64,000 nt of DNA from Octopus vulgaris (GCA_951406725.2 OX597822.1:93496001-93560000), one strand, 5' to 3'. Numbered from the stretch's first letter, positions 42,481-55,586 are shown. Translations and numbers: made by a program. The notes: generated from the letters alone by a model not told the origin.

Positions 42481-44342
42481 GTGAAAGTATTAAGCCTGCA
42501 TATAGCTTTGACCGCCAATGGTTCATTTTCTTTCTTTTTTTTATCCTTTTTTGTCAAAATGATACAAATTACATTGTGTAACACGATTTTTGTCCTTGGG
42601 TTGCAACTGTTATTTCCTATTTGCTTACCCCAAGAAAGTATGAAAAATGACTGACATTTCCTTCAGAGTTTGCTTTTTTTACATTCATTATAATCCCATT
42701 CAACACATGACTATGATGTTTCCCCACTACTGCTGCTCAGCCATTAAGAGATATGCTCAAGTGATTAAAGTCAAGCAAATGACAGGCAAATGTATGGTAT
42801 TGAGCAGAATATTTGCTATAACGATATTTCTGCTTCAGCAACCCAGCGCTGTATTTGTCTGAAATGTAATGGAAAATAGATCAGTTTCAAAACATTGATA
42901 TGCAGGTAACAAAAGCAAAGTCTGAAGGGAATAGTTGTTTCCTTTGATTTTTAGATAGAAGCAAATAGAAAATAGCAATCATTGTCCAAAGAGATAAAAA
43001 CAATTTGATATTTTGTTACACATGTTATAAATTTAGCCAATCGAAACGTTTGTTTAAACGAAGTTGTTCCCCAATGACGAAATACCAGTGAATAGCATAT
43101 TTACGCTCAAACCTGACGGAACGTATTAAGCATGAATATGTGTCATCGTTCAAAATTTCGCTGTTCGCCGTCAGATTAAAACATAAAAGTGCACGATTAC
43201 GTTGCAAATTTACAGACACTAAACATTTACCTACTTCACTACTTCAACATAAAAGTAATATTCAGAATTTAAAAATTAAGTAGCAGGATAATGTAAAATA
43301 CCCGGTTTCTTTTTATCTACGGATTTCGTTTTCCCTTTTTTTTTTCTTTGCATCTGATATATTTATATTTATATTACATTCTAAAGCTAAGACTTAATGT
43401 GGAATTCATAATTATGCAAATATGTCAACAGTTTTAAATATATAAAATTAAGATATTATTTCTGATGAATTGCGACTAAGAATTAAGTAGTTTATTTTGA
43501 TTGACTTGTAATTTTATCATTAGAAGCGTGCATTTTACTGGAAAGATTGCAATTGTGACAAAGAGCGGTTAAGAAGTTGGCTTAGTGATACAGTGGTTCT
43601 ACTCCAGTGTAGAACATTGAAAGAAATACTTTCTATCACAGCACAACCTTTGGACCGCCAGTGAAACCAGATTTGGAGAGTGAGATTTGGCTGGCGGATA
43701 CTGGGCAAACACTCATTTCATTCATTCAAACGCGCGCGCATATATTATAAGCTTAAAGTCTTTAAGCGATCACCGTGAATTGATTAAAGAAAATAGTTTA
43801 ATATTGGAGCCCTCGACAGAAAAATCGCAAGATTTTCCGTCGAGGGTTTATATGCCCCACTATCAGACTGTTTTCTTTCTTTAAGGCGACGAGCTGGCAG
43901 AATCGTTAGCACGCCGGGCGAAATGCTTAGCGGTATTTTGTCTGCCGCTACGTTCTGAGTTCAAATTCCGCCGAAGTCGACTTTGCTTTTCATCCTTTCG
44001 GGGTCGATTAAATAAGTACCAGTTACGCACTAGGGTCGATATAATCGACTTAATCCGTTTGTCTGTCCTTGTATGTCCTCTCTGTGTTTAGTCCCTTGTG
44101 GGTAGTAAAGAAATAGGTATTTCGCCCGTCGCTACGTTCTGAGTTCAAACACCACCTAGGTCGACTTTGCCTTTCATCCTTTCAGGGATAAATTAAATAC
44201 CATTTACGCACTGGAGTCGATGTAATCGATTAGTTCTCTATCCCAAATTCCAGGCCTTGTGTCTTCAATAGAAAGGATTATTATTTACAGAATTGTAAAA
44301 TACGACATCTCTAACTAAATCATCGCATATGCATATATATAT

Positions 44343-44615
44343 ATGAGGTTCGATTTTGTACAAGGGAGAAGCACTATTGATGCTATCTTTCAGGTAAAGC
44401 AGCTGTGGGAGAAGCATTTAGCCAAAACGAAATGTCTGTACTTGGCTTTTGTTGACATGCAGAAAGCCTTTAACCTTATCTGGTACTCAATACAGAAGTT
44501 ATGTATAGATGAGTGGCTGGTGAGAGCTGTACACACTATATATAGTGATGGTGTCAGTAAGGTGAAAGTCGGCAATGAGTAAAGCAACGAATTTAGTTTA
44601 CATGTAAGAGTTCAC
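44343..44615 (+). mobile_element. RTE-clade LINE reverse transcriptase fragment
   Basis: RFDFVQGRSTIDAIFQVKQLWEKHLAKTKCLYLAFVDMQKAF (consensus QFGF..GRSTTDAIF.VRQL.EK......LY.AFVDLEKAF), with an internal deletion and a stop. Confidence 0.85.
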
Positions 44616-44955
44616 CTTCCTCTCGTTTACTCTTGTACTCTGTTGTACTCTTTCGCTCCAACTTTCTCTCACTCTTTCTTCCTGTTTCTTGTCCCCGACT
44701 TCCTACGCAACCACTGAGCCTGGATGCGCATTCATCCATCCGTCGATGCTCTCGGTGTCGGGGGTTGACCTGCTTTCTCTTCTTCGGGTCTTACGAATAG
44801 CAAAGGACCACGTTTCGGACTTCACCCATCTTGCGAGCTCTGGGACGAAGACCGTTCGCTCAACAGCAACAGCAGCAATAGCATCGACAAGAACAACAAC
44901 AGCAACAACAACAACAAAAGCAACAGCAACAACAACAAAAGCAAGAACAATAACA
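44616..44955 (+). mobile_element. SINE-like 3' part (family E) with (CAA/CAG)n tail
   Basis: Shares gtactctttc..caactttctctcactctt.cttcctgtttct with the reverse complement of family C but has a different tail. Confidence 0.6.
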
Positions 44956-47171
44956 TGAATCTATTGACATCTTGAAAAGCTGGTAACATAAGGTAATTGG
45001 CCACTACGCGCTGCCACAATCTTTATATAGCTTCACAATGGAGTTTCAAGAAGACATCAAAAAGGCGCCAACACAAAATTGTAACCAATGACTTTTCTTT
45101 CGTTGATTGCTTCTTTCCTTCGTGTGTATACTGGCCAAGCTGGAGTAAGAAAAAGAATAGGAACTGGAATTGTATTGGTATTTGCATTTTCCCCAATGAT
45201 AAAACTGAAGTTTCTTAATCGTATTGTTCCGGTTTCAGTAAAACTGAACCTGGAACAATAAGGGCCGACCAAAACCTTGTGAATGGATTTGGTAAACGGA
45301 AACTCTTTGTATTTGTTACTCATTGCAGCTTGATAACCGGTGTTGATTTGTTTATGTTCCTGTTGCTTAAGCGGTTCGGCAAAGAAGGAAAGAATAGAAT
45401 AAATACTAGACTTACAAATAAATAAATAAATAAAGTACTGGAGTTGATTTGTCCAACTAAACTCTTCAAGGCTGTACCCCAGCATGGCCGCAGTCCAATG
45501 ACTGAAACAAGTAGAAGATAAAAATGAAACCTGTTTCGCAGACTCGACCCGCTGGAATCATAATTCTTCCTGTTTGGCACACGATACCATGTGCTAAGCG
45601 GTGAGATAAGATTATTTGTTCCGTTTTAAGCACAAGCCCTTTCGAGACTGAAGTGTGAGTTATAATGGAAGGAGGAGTGTAGGATATAGTTGAAGGAGGG
45701 ATGTGAGGTAGAATCAAGGGAGAAGTGTATGGGTTATAGTCGAAGGAGGGGATGTGGGTTATAGTCAATGAACTCAACAGTATTATATTACTGGAATATT
45801 TTATAGACTTTGGAATGATGGAAATAAATTCCAATCCCAGCGGGATTTCGAGTCAAAGACGTGAGACAGCAAATGAAATACCGTTATGGTATCTTACTTA
45901 AGATCTTAGACTTAAGTTCCGTACTTAAGATACCATTGCGATATTTAATTTAATTGTCTTGTAAGTAGATGTAGAATCACTGCTTGGCTAAAGTTTCCTT
46001 ATAAATGTGTGTTCTTGCAAAAAGAACATGATTTCTACATATCTGATTGTGCCATGTTGCAGTTATTTTTATGTTCTTGGCAAATTAACTAAATTTGTTT
46101 CAATTTTTTTTTTTTGGCTATAACAGCAAGTTGTAGGTTTGTGATACGGATTCAATTTTCAGCAGAAGCCATATAATCTGTAACAGTCTACTATAATCTG
46201 TATAGCGCCCTAGTTGAGAGAATTAAAAAAATTTCTTCAAGAATCTTTGGTTTTTATTTTGTGATTTATGCTGTAAAAAGAGTCACAGGTTGATGATTAA
46301 TTAAAGTATTGAACTATCGAACCGAAACAACGGTAAATAATCTGATCGTTATACTCTGTCACTGACCGAGCCATAAATATGGATCTATTCCATCTCACTC
46401 ACAGATTTTTTAATTAATTTTTTTTAACTAAACAGTTTCAAACGTCGAATACTGGTAGAATTTCTCACGTAGAACACGGTTTACTCTGAACGTTTTTGAC
46501 AAAATTTCATATTTTAGAAGTTATTTTGTGTTAAAGTTGTCATATTTGGGTAATTCAACCAATCAACGACTGTATCTCATAAACCACTGAGGTTTATGAG
46601 ATACAGGAGTACAGAATACTTAACGGAAAATTATGTCTTGCACACCTTGGTTTATGCTTTCACTGACGAAAAGCAGGCAGCCGTATGGTTTTGTGTTTAC
46701 AGCTTAAAATAACGATATTTTTTTCAATTAACGAGCAGCAAACATAAAACTAAAACTATGTGGCCACCTGCTTTTGCATCTTCTCTCTGATTCAAATGGT
46801 TAACATGTTTTTTATGTAGCTAATTCCAACATTTGGGATACTTGACTGGTCTGTAGAAGAAATCCACTGCATAGGCGTTAAAACCCGTAAGAAACTGAAA
46901 TCAAATGGAAACCACCACAGGAATAGTGACGTTGAGAGGGTCTACTAAGAAGAGATAGATGCTTGAGATCAGTGCAGGCAGCCTACGAATGTCATATAGT
47001 CTCTTTCTCAAGCAGAAAAAATAAATTCATGAACTTAGTGCTGAAAAGTGAAGAGAACAATATCTTACGTGCCGGCAACCCTAAAACAGCTGGACTAACA
47101 TACTTCTAAGAAGAACTGGGTATGAAACACTCAGTATACAAAAAATATGTAATAATTATAATAATAAATAA

Positions 47172-47441
47172 AAAGTCCATGCATGAGTATGCTTCCCGAA
47201 GACTTGAAGAAGACAATGATATTGACATAAAGCAAAACATTTCTTAGACTCGTGACCGCTACATCACATCACACCACTTCGAAGGCTATGCATTTGCTAT
47301 CCAAGAACAGGAGATTGCTACTAAATTCCTAACAAACAAAAGAAACAGTGAAGCCCTTGTAATTCCAGAATGCAAACGAAAATGTAGATTATGTCATATT
47401 TCTGTGGAAGACATCACGCATGTGATTATCAGTTGCCCAAA
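47172..47441 (+). mobile_element. R4/Dong-type LINE fragment with CCHC zinc knuckle
   Basis: KSMHEY...FEGYAFAIQEQEIATK...KCRLCH..VEDITHVIISCPK (with a frameshift). Confidence 0.7.
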
Positions 47442-47738
47442 GATAAAACTGGAAATATATATTCACTTACTATTGAGGAATACATTGGCTTTATTAGTAA
47501 GGAATTATACAAGTTCTGCAAGACAGCCCCGGTGTCCGCCCTGGATACCATTAACATCAGCCACTGTAAACTAGTGAACAAACTTGGAGTAGACGATCGC
47601 ACGGAGCCCTGCAACTCAAGAGCCCTGCATTTCAACCTTAAAGACCACAAAGCAGGTTTCATAACCCAACCCTCTATAAGACTGATCTTCCCCACCAAAT
47701 CGGACTTAAGACGAATCAGTAAGAATATACAAGACAAA
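47442..47738 (+). mobile_element. Penelope-like RT N-terminal fragment
   Basis: DKTGNIYSL...KLGVDDRTE..LHFNLKDHKAGFITQPSIRLIFPTKSDLRRISKNIQDK. Confidence 0.75.
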
Positions 47739-47965
47739 TCGGCAATGAGTAAAGCAATGAATTTAGTTTACATGTAAGAGTTCACCTTCCTCTCGTTTAC
47801 TCTTGTACTCTGTTGTACTCTTTCGCTCCAACTTTCTCTCACTCTTTCTTCCTGTTTCTTGTCCCCGACTTCCTACGTAACCGCTGAGCCTGGATGCGCA
47901 TTCATCCATCCGTCGATGCTCTCGGTGTCGGGGGTTGACCTGCTTTCTCTTCTGCGGGTCTTACG

Positions 47966-48211
47966 CTAAGAATTAAGGTTGTTGAAAAGCCAGGCAACCC
48001 TATCAAATCTATAATTGGTAGAACCTATCCTTTTAGTAGAACCCCCTGTACGGATAAGTACTGTACTGTATGTAGATTTAGCCCACAAACAAACTGTAAA
48101 GCCAGAAGTGTAGTCTATAGTATAAGATGTATAGAGGGACGATGCAGTTACAAGACAACGACATACGTAGGGGAAACGGCAAGAAGCATAGGAGAGCGGG
48201 TAAATGAACAT
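47966..48211 (+). mobile_element. Open GIY-YIG endonuclease fragment from a different Penelope-like family
   Basis: 82 uninterrupted codons, manually translated and absent from the ORF track: LRIKVVEKPGNPIKSIIGRTYPFSRTPCTDKYCTVCRFSPQTNCKARSVVYSIRCIEGRCSYKTTTYVGETARSIGERVNEH (VVY..YVGET.R...R..EH). Confidence 0.85.
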
Positions 48212-48301
48212 ATATGTATGTATGTACGTATGTATGTATGAATGTATATTTTTATATATAACATACATACATTTAATTTTATTAACGTCATTGCAATCTA
48301 C

Positions 48302-49780
48302 CCATAGTTTAAAAAATTATACATAAATAGTACAGCATCATCCCTTTCCACAACTAGCCCACGTAAGAGAGATAGCTGCAACTGCCGGTCTGGGAACGAA
48401 TGCCTGCTGCAAGCCCATAACAGAAGGTTTAACGTGGTATATAAATGCATTGTCCACGACATATCACACAATTCTACTAGCTATTACATCAGATCTACTA
48501 TTAATATTAAACAGAGATATTCTGCACATCCAAACCCATTTAAATGAGGGGCATAGCAAATTCACGTCCCTAACCAACCACATAGACCATCTGATAGATA
48601 AAAAATACCATAATAGATTCTGGAGTCCCACGTTCTACGTGTGGATTCTGCCAGAAAGAAGCCCTCCAAATATTAATTTATAATTCACCACAATTACTCA
48701 ATAAGCAACCCGAAGCTTTCTCTACATGTAAACATAAATTCTATCGCACCTTTAGATTCTTCCATTGGTCCAAATGCATGTGACTTGCCTATATGCATCC
48801 ACAGTCGTTATTTTTTCTTTTCTTTTCTATCAACATAAATATCATAGAAGCTAACTCGCTGCAATAATCTTTTAATTTTTTTTATATTTTTAATTTTAAT
48901 TTTTAATATAAAACCTTTTTAATTTTTAATTCTTTAATTTTTAATCCTTTATCCATTTAATCGTATCTTGATCCTATATATACTCCCTTAAGCTAGGTAT
49001 CTATTTTTTAACTATCCCTGCTGACCACTGAACTAAATTTTCTTTCTCACTACACCGAACCTAGAATTCATCTATTTATTTAATAAGCATAAATGCCTTC
49101 CCCCTCCACTTTACCAAAACCATAACGCCTGACCTCTCACCTCGAAACGACCCTTACGAAGAATAATACTAACATCGTATCTTTATCTTTATTTTTTATT
49201 TTACTTTCACTCTCATTCATTCTTTCCTACACCTATCCCATTCCTTTCTTTTTTCTCTCTTTCTCATCTTTCTTCTAGTCACTCATTCACAACCCATATC
49301 TATCCATCATGATGTCTGTCTTTCTCACCCTATATACCCTCGTGGACCATTTTCATATTAGCTAACCACTTAATTATTTTCCTTCAACATGAACGCAACA
49401 TTCAAAATACTGTCAAAATACTGCCTGGGTTTACCTGAGATTACACCTAAGGTCCTATACCTTCACGGAAGTACGGGCCAACCTCCATACGTTCTGGAAG
49501 AAGATGAGCTGTGAACTTTATTCTCCTGTCTGTATTCTTCTATCTACTGTTTTACTCTATATTCAGCTATCTACTATTTTATTCCTTATAGACTGTGAAT
49601 TTCCCTGTCTAGATCTTTCATATATACTCGCCTTGTCTCTGACGACGGAATACCCAGTGTACAGACGTTAGCCTATCACTTGGGATATCCCAGAAAAAGC
49701 TGTAAGACTTCAAATTCACCTTACCTTAATTAAATATTCTAAATGACTTGAGATATCTGTCCTGCCTTGGTTTTGTTGTC
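48302..49780 (+). mobile_element. Penelope-like 3' part: degenerate GIY-YIG, 3' UTR/pLTR with hammerhead motif
   Basis: CNC..NVVYKCIV..HSKFTSLTNHIDHL motifs; CTGACGA..GAAA motif at 49635-49708. Confidence 0.6.
49635..49708 (+). ncRNA. Minimal hammerhead ribozyme-like motif (degenerate)
   Basis: gtct CTGACGA [stem II ggaatacccagtg..cacttgggatatcc] GAAA aagctg TA agac; stem III is one change away from palindromic cagctg. Confidence 0.6.
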
Positions 49781-50040
49781 CTTTTGCTTGTGTGGTAAGA
49801 AGCTTGCATCCTAACCACATGGTTCCGAGTTCACTCCTACTGCGTGGTACCTTGGGCAAGTGTCTTCTACTCAAGCATCGGGCGACCAAAGCTTTGGAGT
49901 GGATTTAGTAAACAGAAACTGAAAGACACCCGTCATGTGCGTGTGTGTATGTATCTATATATATATATATATATATAAATTAACAGAATGAGATAAAAAT
50001 TCAAGGCTGTGAAATATTTCAGGACATTTATAAAGAGAAG

Positions 50041-50089
50041 GTCTTTACAGCTGTTTCCGGGATATTTTATATATCCCTTCATCGGAGAC
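50041..50089 (-). ncRNA. Minimal hammerhead ribozyme-like motif in a PLE pLTR nested in a SINE (TA)n
   Basis: Reverse complement: gtct CCGATGA a gggatat-ataaa-atatccc g GAAA cagctg TA a agac; palindromic stem III, U4>C variant core. Confidence 0.6.
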
Positions 50090-50327
50090 GGTGTGAGAAG
50101 ATGGTTAAGCAATAGTTATTCTAGAGAGGAATGAAATAGAGAGTGAAGTGGAGAAATGAAAACAGACGAGAGATATGCAGGGATATTGTATCTGCAGTTT
50201 CATTATTTAAGCAGAATGGTATACATATAAGTTTCCTGTACCTTGTGTGTAAGTTCTAATAGTATTTAAAATTGGTCATTCCAAGCATCGAGTTTGTAAA
50301 CGGTGTTATTGAATTGAGGGTATATAC

Positions 50328-50390
<63 letters not shown>

Positions 50391-50593
50391 ATGTATGTTT
50401 ATCTGTGTGCGCCTTTGTGTCTGTGTCTGTCGCTCCACCATCGCTTGACAACCGATGTTAGTGTGTTTATATTCCCGTAACTTACCGGTTCGGCAAAAGA
50501 TGACGATATAATAAGAACTAAGCTTACAAAGAATAAGTCCTGAGGTGGTGCTCCAGCATGGACGCAGTCAAATGACTGAAACGTGTAAAAGAG

Positions 50594-50626
<33 letters not shown>

Positions 50627-50868
50627 GTGTGTATGTATGTATGTATGTATGTATGTATGTATGTATGTATGTACGTATGTATGTATGAATGTATATTTTT
50701 ATATATAACATACTTACATACATTTAATTTTATTAACGTCATTGCAATCTACTCCATCGAATCTCTATCTCTGCAAAATTTCATTTTAAAAATTGAGTAT
50801 TTCTCAGAAAGTTATCATTACCTGCTTCGATGTCAAGAGTATATCATTCATACTGTACGTCTTATGTT

Positions 50869-50906
<38 letters not shown>

Positions 50907-51537
50907 CTCTATCCTGTCTCTAAATGCTGTCGAGGGTCATTCTTTCGGGGGTCTATATAACAAAATGAAATACCTTCAAGTACTGAAACAGATGATATCG
51001 ATTAACCACCAGCCCCTCAAAATTACTGGCCTTGTGACAAAATTAGAAAGCATAATTGGCAACTGTTTGCTTCCTGTTGTATTGTTGTTAACAACGTTGT
51101 TGCTGTCAGTGCTGTTATTGTTGCAGCTTTTGATGCTGCTTCCGGTTCACCTCAGAAACTGCTTTTCCATCCTATCTGAATGAGAAATGTCATGATATAC
51201 ACTTGACATATACAGGCACGCACACGCACATTCACATAAACATAGACACACGTATTCGTGTGACTGTATACGTACGTATGTATGTATGTATGTATGTATG
51301 TATGTATGTATGTATGTATGTATGTATGTATGATGTATGTATGTATGTATGTATGTATGTATGTGTGTGTGTATATATATGTATATTATATTATAAGATA
51401 CTATATATACAATATATGTGCAAAGAAATCATGTATCATATAATATATGTGTATATATATTTTATATATATATAAACATTTACGGAGATGTACTCGCATA
51501 GCAAGTAATTTGATCTGAGATCGTGTGCTGAAACGAA

Positions 51538-51826
51538 AACAATTGCAGCGTGGAAGGTGTTTATAAGCCATTTAAGAAACACACAAAAGCCGTTCGATTC
51601 ACTTCAACATTTAAGTTTAATTTGTCAAAATATTTTCGTCGCTTTAAGACCGCGACCTGTTCACTGACAAAAATCTGAGATGCAGCACGGATTTTTGTCA
51701 GTGAACAGGTCGCGGATTTTAGCGACGAAAATATTTTGACAAATTAAACTTAAATGTTGAGGTGAATCGGACGGCTTTTGTGTGTTTCTTAAATGGCTTA
51801 TAAACACTATCCACGCTGCAATTGTT
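51538..51826. repeat. Large foldback inverted repeat (~138-bp arms, 14-nt spacer)
   Basis: Arms 51538-51675 and 51690-51826 with few mismatches. Confidence 0.92.
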
Positions 51827-52122
51827 GATATATATAAACATATATACGTTTAAATATTTGTTGTGCAAGATTTTTTACGTGAAGTCGTGTTGAAACAGAT
51901 ATTGTTATATTTCGGAATAGTCATATTGCCAGTTTAGCCAATAAAAACACACGCTGTGTGGTAAGAAGCTTGCTTCCCAGCCACATGGTTCCGGGTTCAG
52001 TCCCACTGCGTGGCACCTTGGGCAAGTGTCTTCTACTATAGCCTCGGGCCGACCAAAGCCTTGTGAGTGGATCTGCTTGACGGAAACTGAAAGAAGCCCG
52101 TCGAATATAAATATATATATAT

Positions 52123-52155
<33 letters not shown>

Positions 52156-52553
52156 ATTATGTATGCATGTATTTGTGTTTCTCTCCCTAACATCGCTTGA
52201 CAACTCATGTTGGTGTGTTTACGTCCCCGTAACTTAGCGGTTCGGCAAAGGAACCGATAGAGTAAGTACCGGGCTTACTAAGAATAAGTCTGGGGTCAAT
52301 TTGTTCGACTAAAACCGGTGCTCCAGCATGGCCGCAGTCAAATGACTGAAACAAGTAAAAGAATAAAGGAATGGGTGTTTTCGGGCGATTATAGTCCTTG
52401 ACAGTATATATCTTTACAATTATGTGCTTTAACTACAGCATTACAGCATTTAGCTATTATTTCTAGCAATGTGGGTGTTTCTAACACCCTAGTTATATTT
52501 AGTGACTATAGTTTTCCATTTTGGTAAGACATTGCACACTGGTATCTATAATA

Positions 52554-52596
<43 letters not shown>

Positions 52597-53150
52597 GTGG
52601 ATGTATGTATGTGTGTGGATGTGAAAATGTTTCTTGTGCGAGTGTATTTTCATACGCCAATATGTGCCGTCATCTTCCAAACTTGTTGACAATTTGTAAC
52701 ATTATCCAATCACAAAATGCTACACTCCCACGTGAGCAGGACAAAAGAAACCGAAAGGACCAATCATTATTAATTGAATTCCAATGAAAATTACGCCTCA
52801 CCCTTTCGCCTGTCACTCGGCGTTTTCATTATTTCCTTGTTACGTTGGTTTCTTGTTTGCTGTAGTTCTTTTTATATCGTGGTCACCCCTACCCATTGGC
52901 GGGATTGATTAAAGAAATGAACTCTCCATCTATTTTTTCCGCTTTTATGTGTGTGTGTGTGTACATATACACACACACACACATCTATATCTATTATCTG
53001 TATATATGTGTATGTGTGTGTATATATACGTATCTCTGTATACATACATATAAATATATATATATATATGTATGAATGTGTGTGTGTGTGTACACGCACG
53101 CACACATTCACATATGTGTATAAATGTATACATACATATGTGTGTGTGTG

Positions 53151-53209
<59 letters not shown>

Positions 53210-53416
53210 GTGTGTGTATATGTGTATGCGCGTCTGTGTGTGTGTATATAAATGCAGTGGTGCAAATTTCGTTTAATGTTTAACCGATGACAGGAAGGCG
53301 GCGTTGTTAGAGAAAATTCGGCGGAGACACAAAAATAACACGGGTAACTTAGATTAGGGTTAAGACCTTGTCGCGGGCGTCTTTTATATTTCGTTTCCCA
53401 TTTTATACGTCTCGGA

Positions 53417-53477
<61 letters not shown>

Positions 53478-53527
53478 TTCAATGGCGGATGTATTATCAT
53501 TAAGTTGTGATATTATTTTAATTAATA

Positions 53528-53911
53528 TGGAAGCACTCCGTCGGTTTCGACGATGAGGATTCCGGTTCATCCGAATCAACGGAACAGCCTGCTCGTGAAA
53601 TTAACGTGTATGTGGCTGAGCACTCCACAGGCACGTGTACCCTTAACGTAGTTCTCGGGGATATTCAGCGTGACACAGAGTGTGACAAGGCCGGCCCCTT
53701 GAAATACAGGTACAACAGAAACAGGAAGTAAGAGTGAGAGAAAGTTGTGGTGAAAGAGTACAGCAGGGATCACCACAATCCCCTGCCGGAGCCTCGTGGA
53801 GCTTTTAGGTGTTTTCGGTCAATAAACACTCACAACGCCCGGTCTGGGAATCGAAACCACGATCCTATGACCGCGAGTCCGCTGCCCTAACCACTGGGCC
53901 ATTGCGCCTCC
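53528..53911 (-). mobile_element. tRNA-derived SINE family C, full length (384 bp)
   Basis: Head ggaggcgcaatggcccagtggttagg..ggtttcgattcc (A/B boxes); tail ccgacggagtgcttcca. Confidence 0.88.
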
Positions 53912-54159
53912 TTTATTTAATAACATTCACTAAGTAACGTACACACACACTATGCGTGTGTGTGCTTTTCTTTCGCAAGTTTCCTGGTTTGAAATCTTAC
54001 ATTCAAGGAGATATTGTCCCATTTACTTGAACTTGCTTCGACAATCTGTCATGCCAAGCATTGAAGAGGAGTTTGAGGATGTGCAGTTTATTTCCAACAA
54101 GATGGGGTATTCTAGAGATTTTGCTGAACAGGTAAATTAGACGAAAATTTTCAGTAAAA

Positions 54160-54500
54160 CACCTTCCACATTCACCCGACGTCTCATACCACTAGACAAT
54201 TTTTATGGGGATACTTAAAAAATCAAGTTTACAGAACAAAACCGACAACAGTCGGTGAAATGAGAGAAGCCATTGATCAAGAATGCACACAAATCCTGAA
54301 CAAAATGTTTCTTGATATTTGTGATTCCATTGCTTCGCGTTGTCAACAGAAACTGGACCAGTAGTCATCAATTTGAAAACAGGCATTCGTAGAAACAAAT
54401 TCTGTCTGTATATGGCTTATGAAATTTTGAAGACGAAATATATTTTAAGAAACATTGTCTCTACAAATCATTCAATGTGTGTATAAATAGTTTTCGGACA
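54160..54500 (+). mobile_element. Tc1/mariner-superfamily transposase C-terminal relic
   Basis: HSPD..IPLD..LWGYLKNQVYRTKPTTVGEMREAIDQEC (SPDL.PLDF.LWG.LK motif, frameshifted). Confidence 0.8.
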
Positions 54501-55586
54501 TTTTTAGCAGGTGTAAACACATGGACAGGATTCTTTTCTGGAACTGGAAGACACGATCCACTCTAGATTGAATTACTGTCTCGCAGATTTTGATATATTT
54601 TTTGTTATTCTATGCTATACCAGTTGTATTTAATGTGCTTTCTCCAATCAAGGAAGACGAGTATCTTAGTTTTCTTGATTTCATTTTTTTTCCTCGTTCC
54701 ATTTTTTTGCACCAATCTTCTTCACGGTTTTTCCACGTATTTTTCATATATTCTCACTGTCCAGCGTCCTTGGTTTAAAAAAATATATAGCGCATAAATA
54801 GGGCCTGAAAGATTGTTTGGAGATACATGGCGTATTTTATAAATATGCCTGTTCAAGTATCATAACAGCATGAAATTACTAGTAGCACTTTTGGTTATAT
54901 ATATATATATATATATGGTGGTTGTCTACTCCTTATGCAATGTTTGAAAAAAAACATTCGCACCGAAAGCGTATAGAAAGATTGTTTGCATAAAAACAAA
55001 TACGAACTAACATAGTTCTTAAATTTGGCGGAAACGGGGAGGCTAATTCGCTCGTATAAAGGTAACACACTTAGTTGCGTTAACAAAGGAATGAAGGTTC
55101 AAGTCCCATGCGGATGGGAAAGCATTTCTTTTTTCTGTCGAGGGCTTATATAAGATTTAAGCTTTTATAAAAATACCATTATTATTAATTACAGGGTTGT
55201 AGAACACGGCGCCATATTAAAAAACCATTCGCACCGAAATATATATATAGTTGGAATTTACTAAAAGACAAAAGACGAAGACAGGTGTGTAAACAACAAA
55301 CAGGTGTATTAGTTTATATATTGATATATATAAATATATATATATGTATAACTATATGTACACATATATATACTGACATATAATATATAGATATATAGTC
55401 ACACATATTTCTATCTCAGTTAACTTTTGAAAATTAAAAATGTCTGTGAAATCGGTTAAACCTTTAAAAAAAATATTTAAAAGACTCCCAGTGCATGTTC
55501 AGCTTCGTTTTTCTAGATTTCTACCCGTGTGGAATAAAATGACTTTCTTCTCTCTCTCTCTCTCTCTCTTTCTCTACATCTACATA

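Noticed and set aside
53835-53911. tRNA genes (also ~11572-11628, 26797-26870, 30050-30123)
   Set aside because: A/B boxes are present but there is no complete cloverleaf or acceptor stem; each continues into a repeat body, so they are SINE heads.
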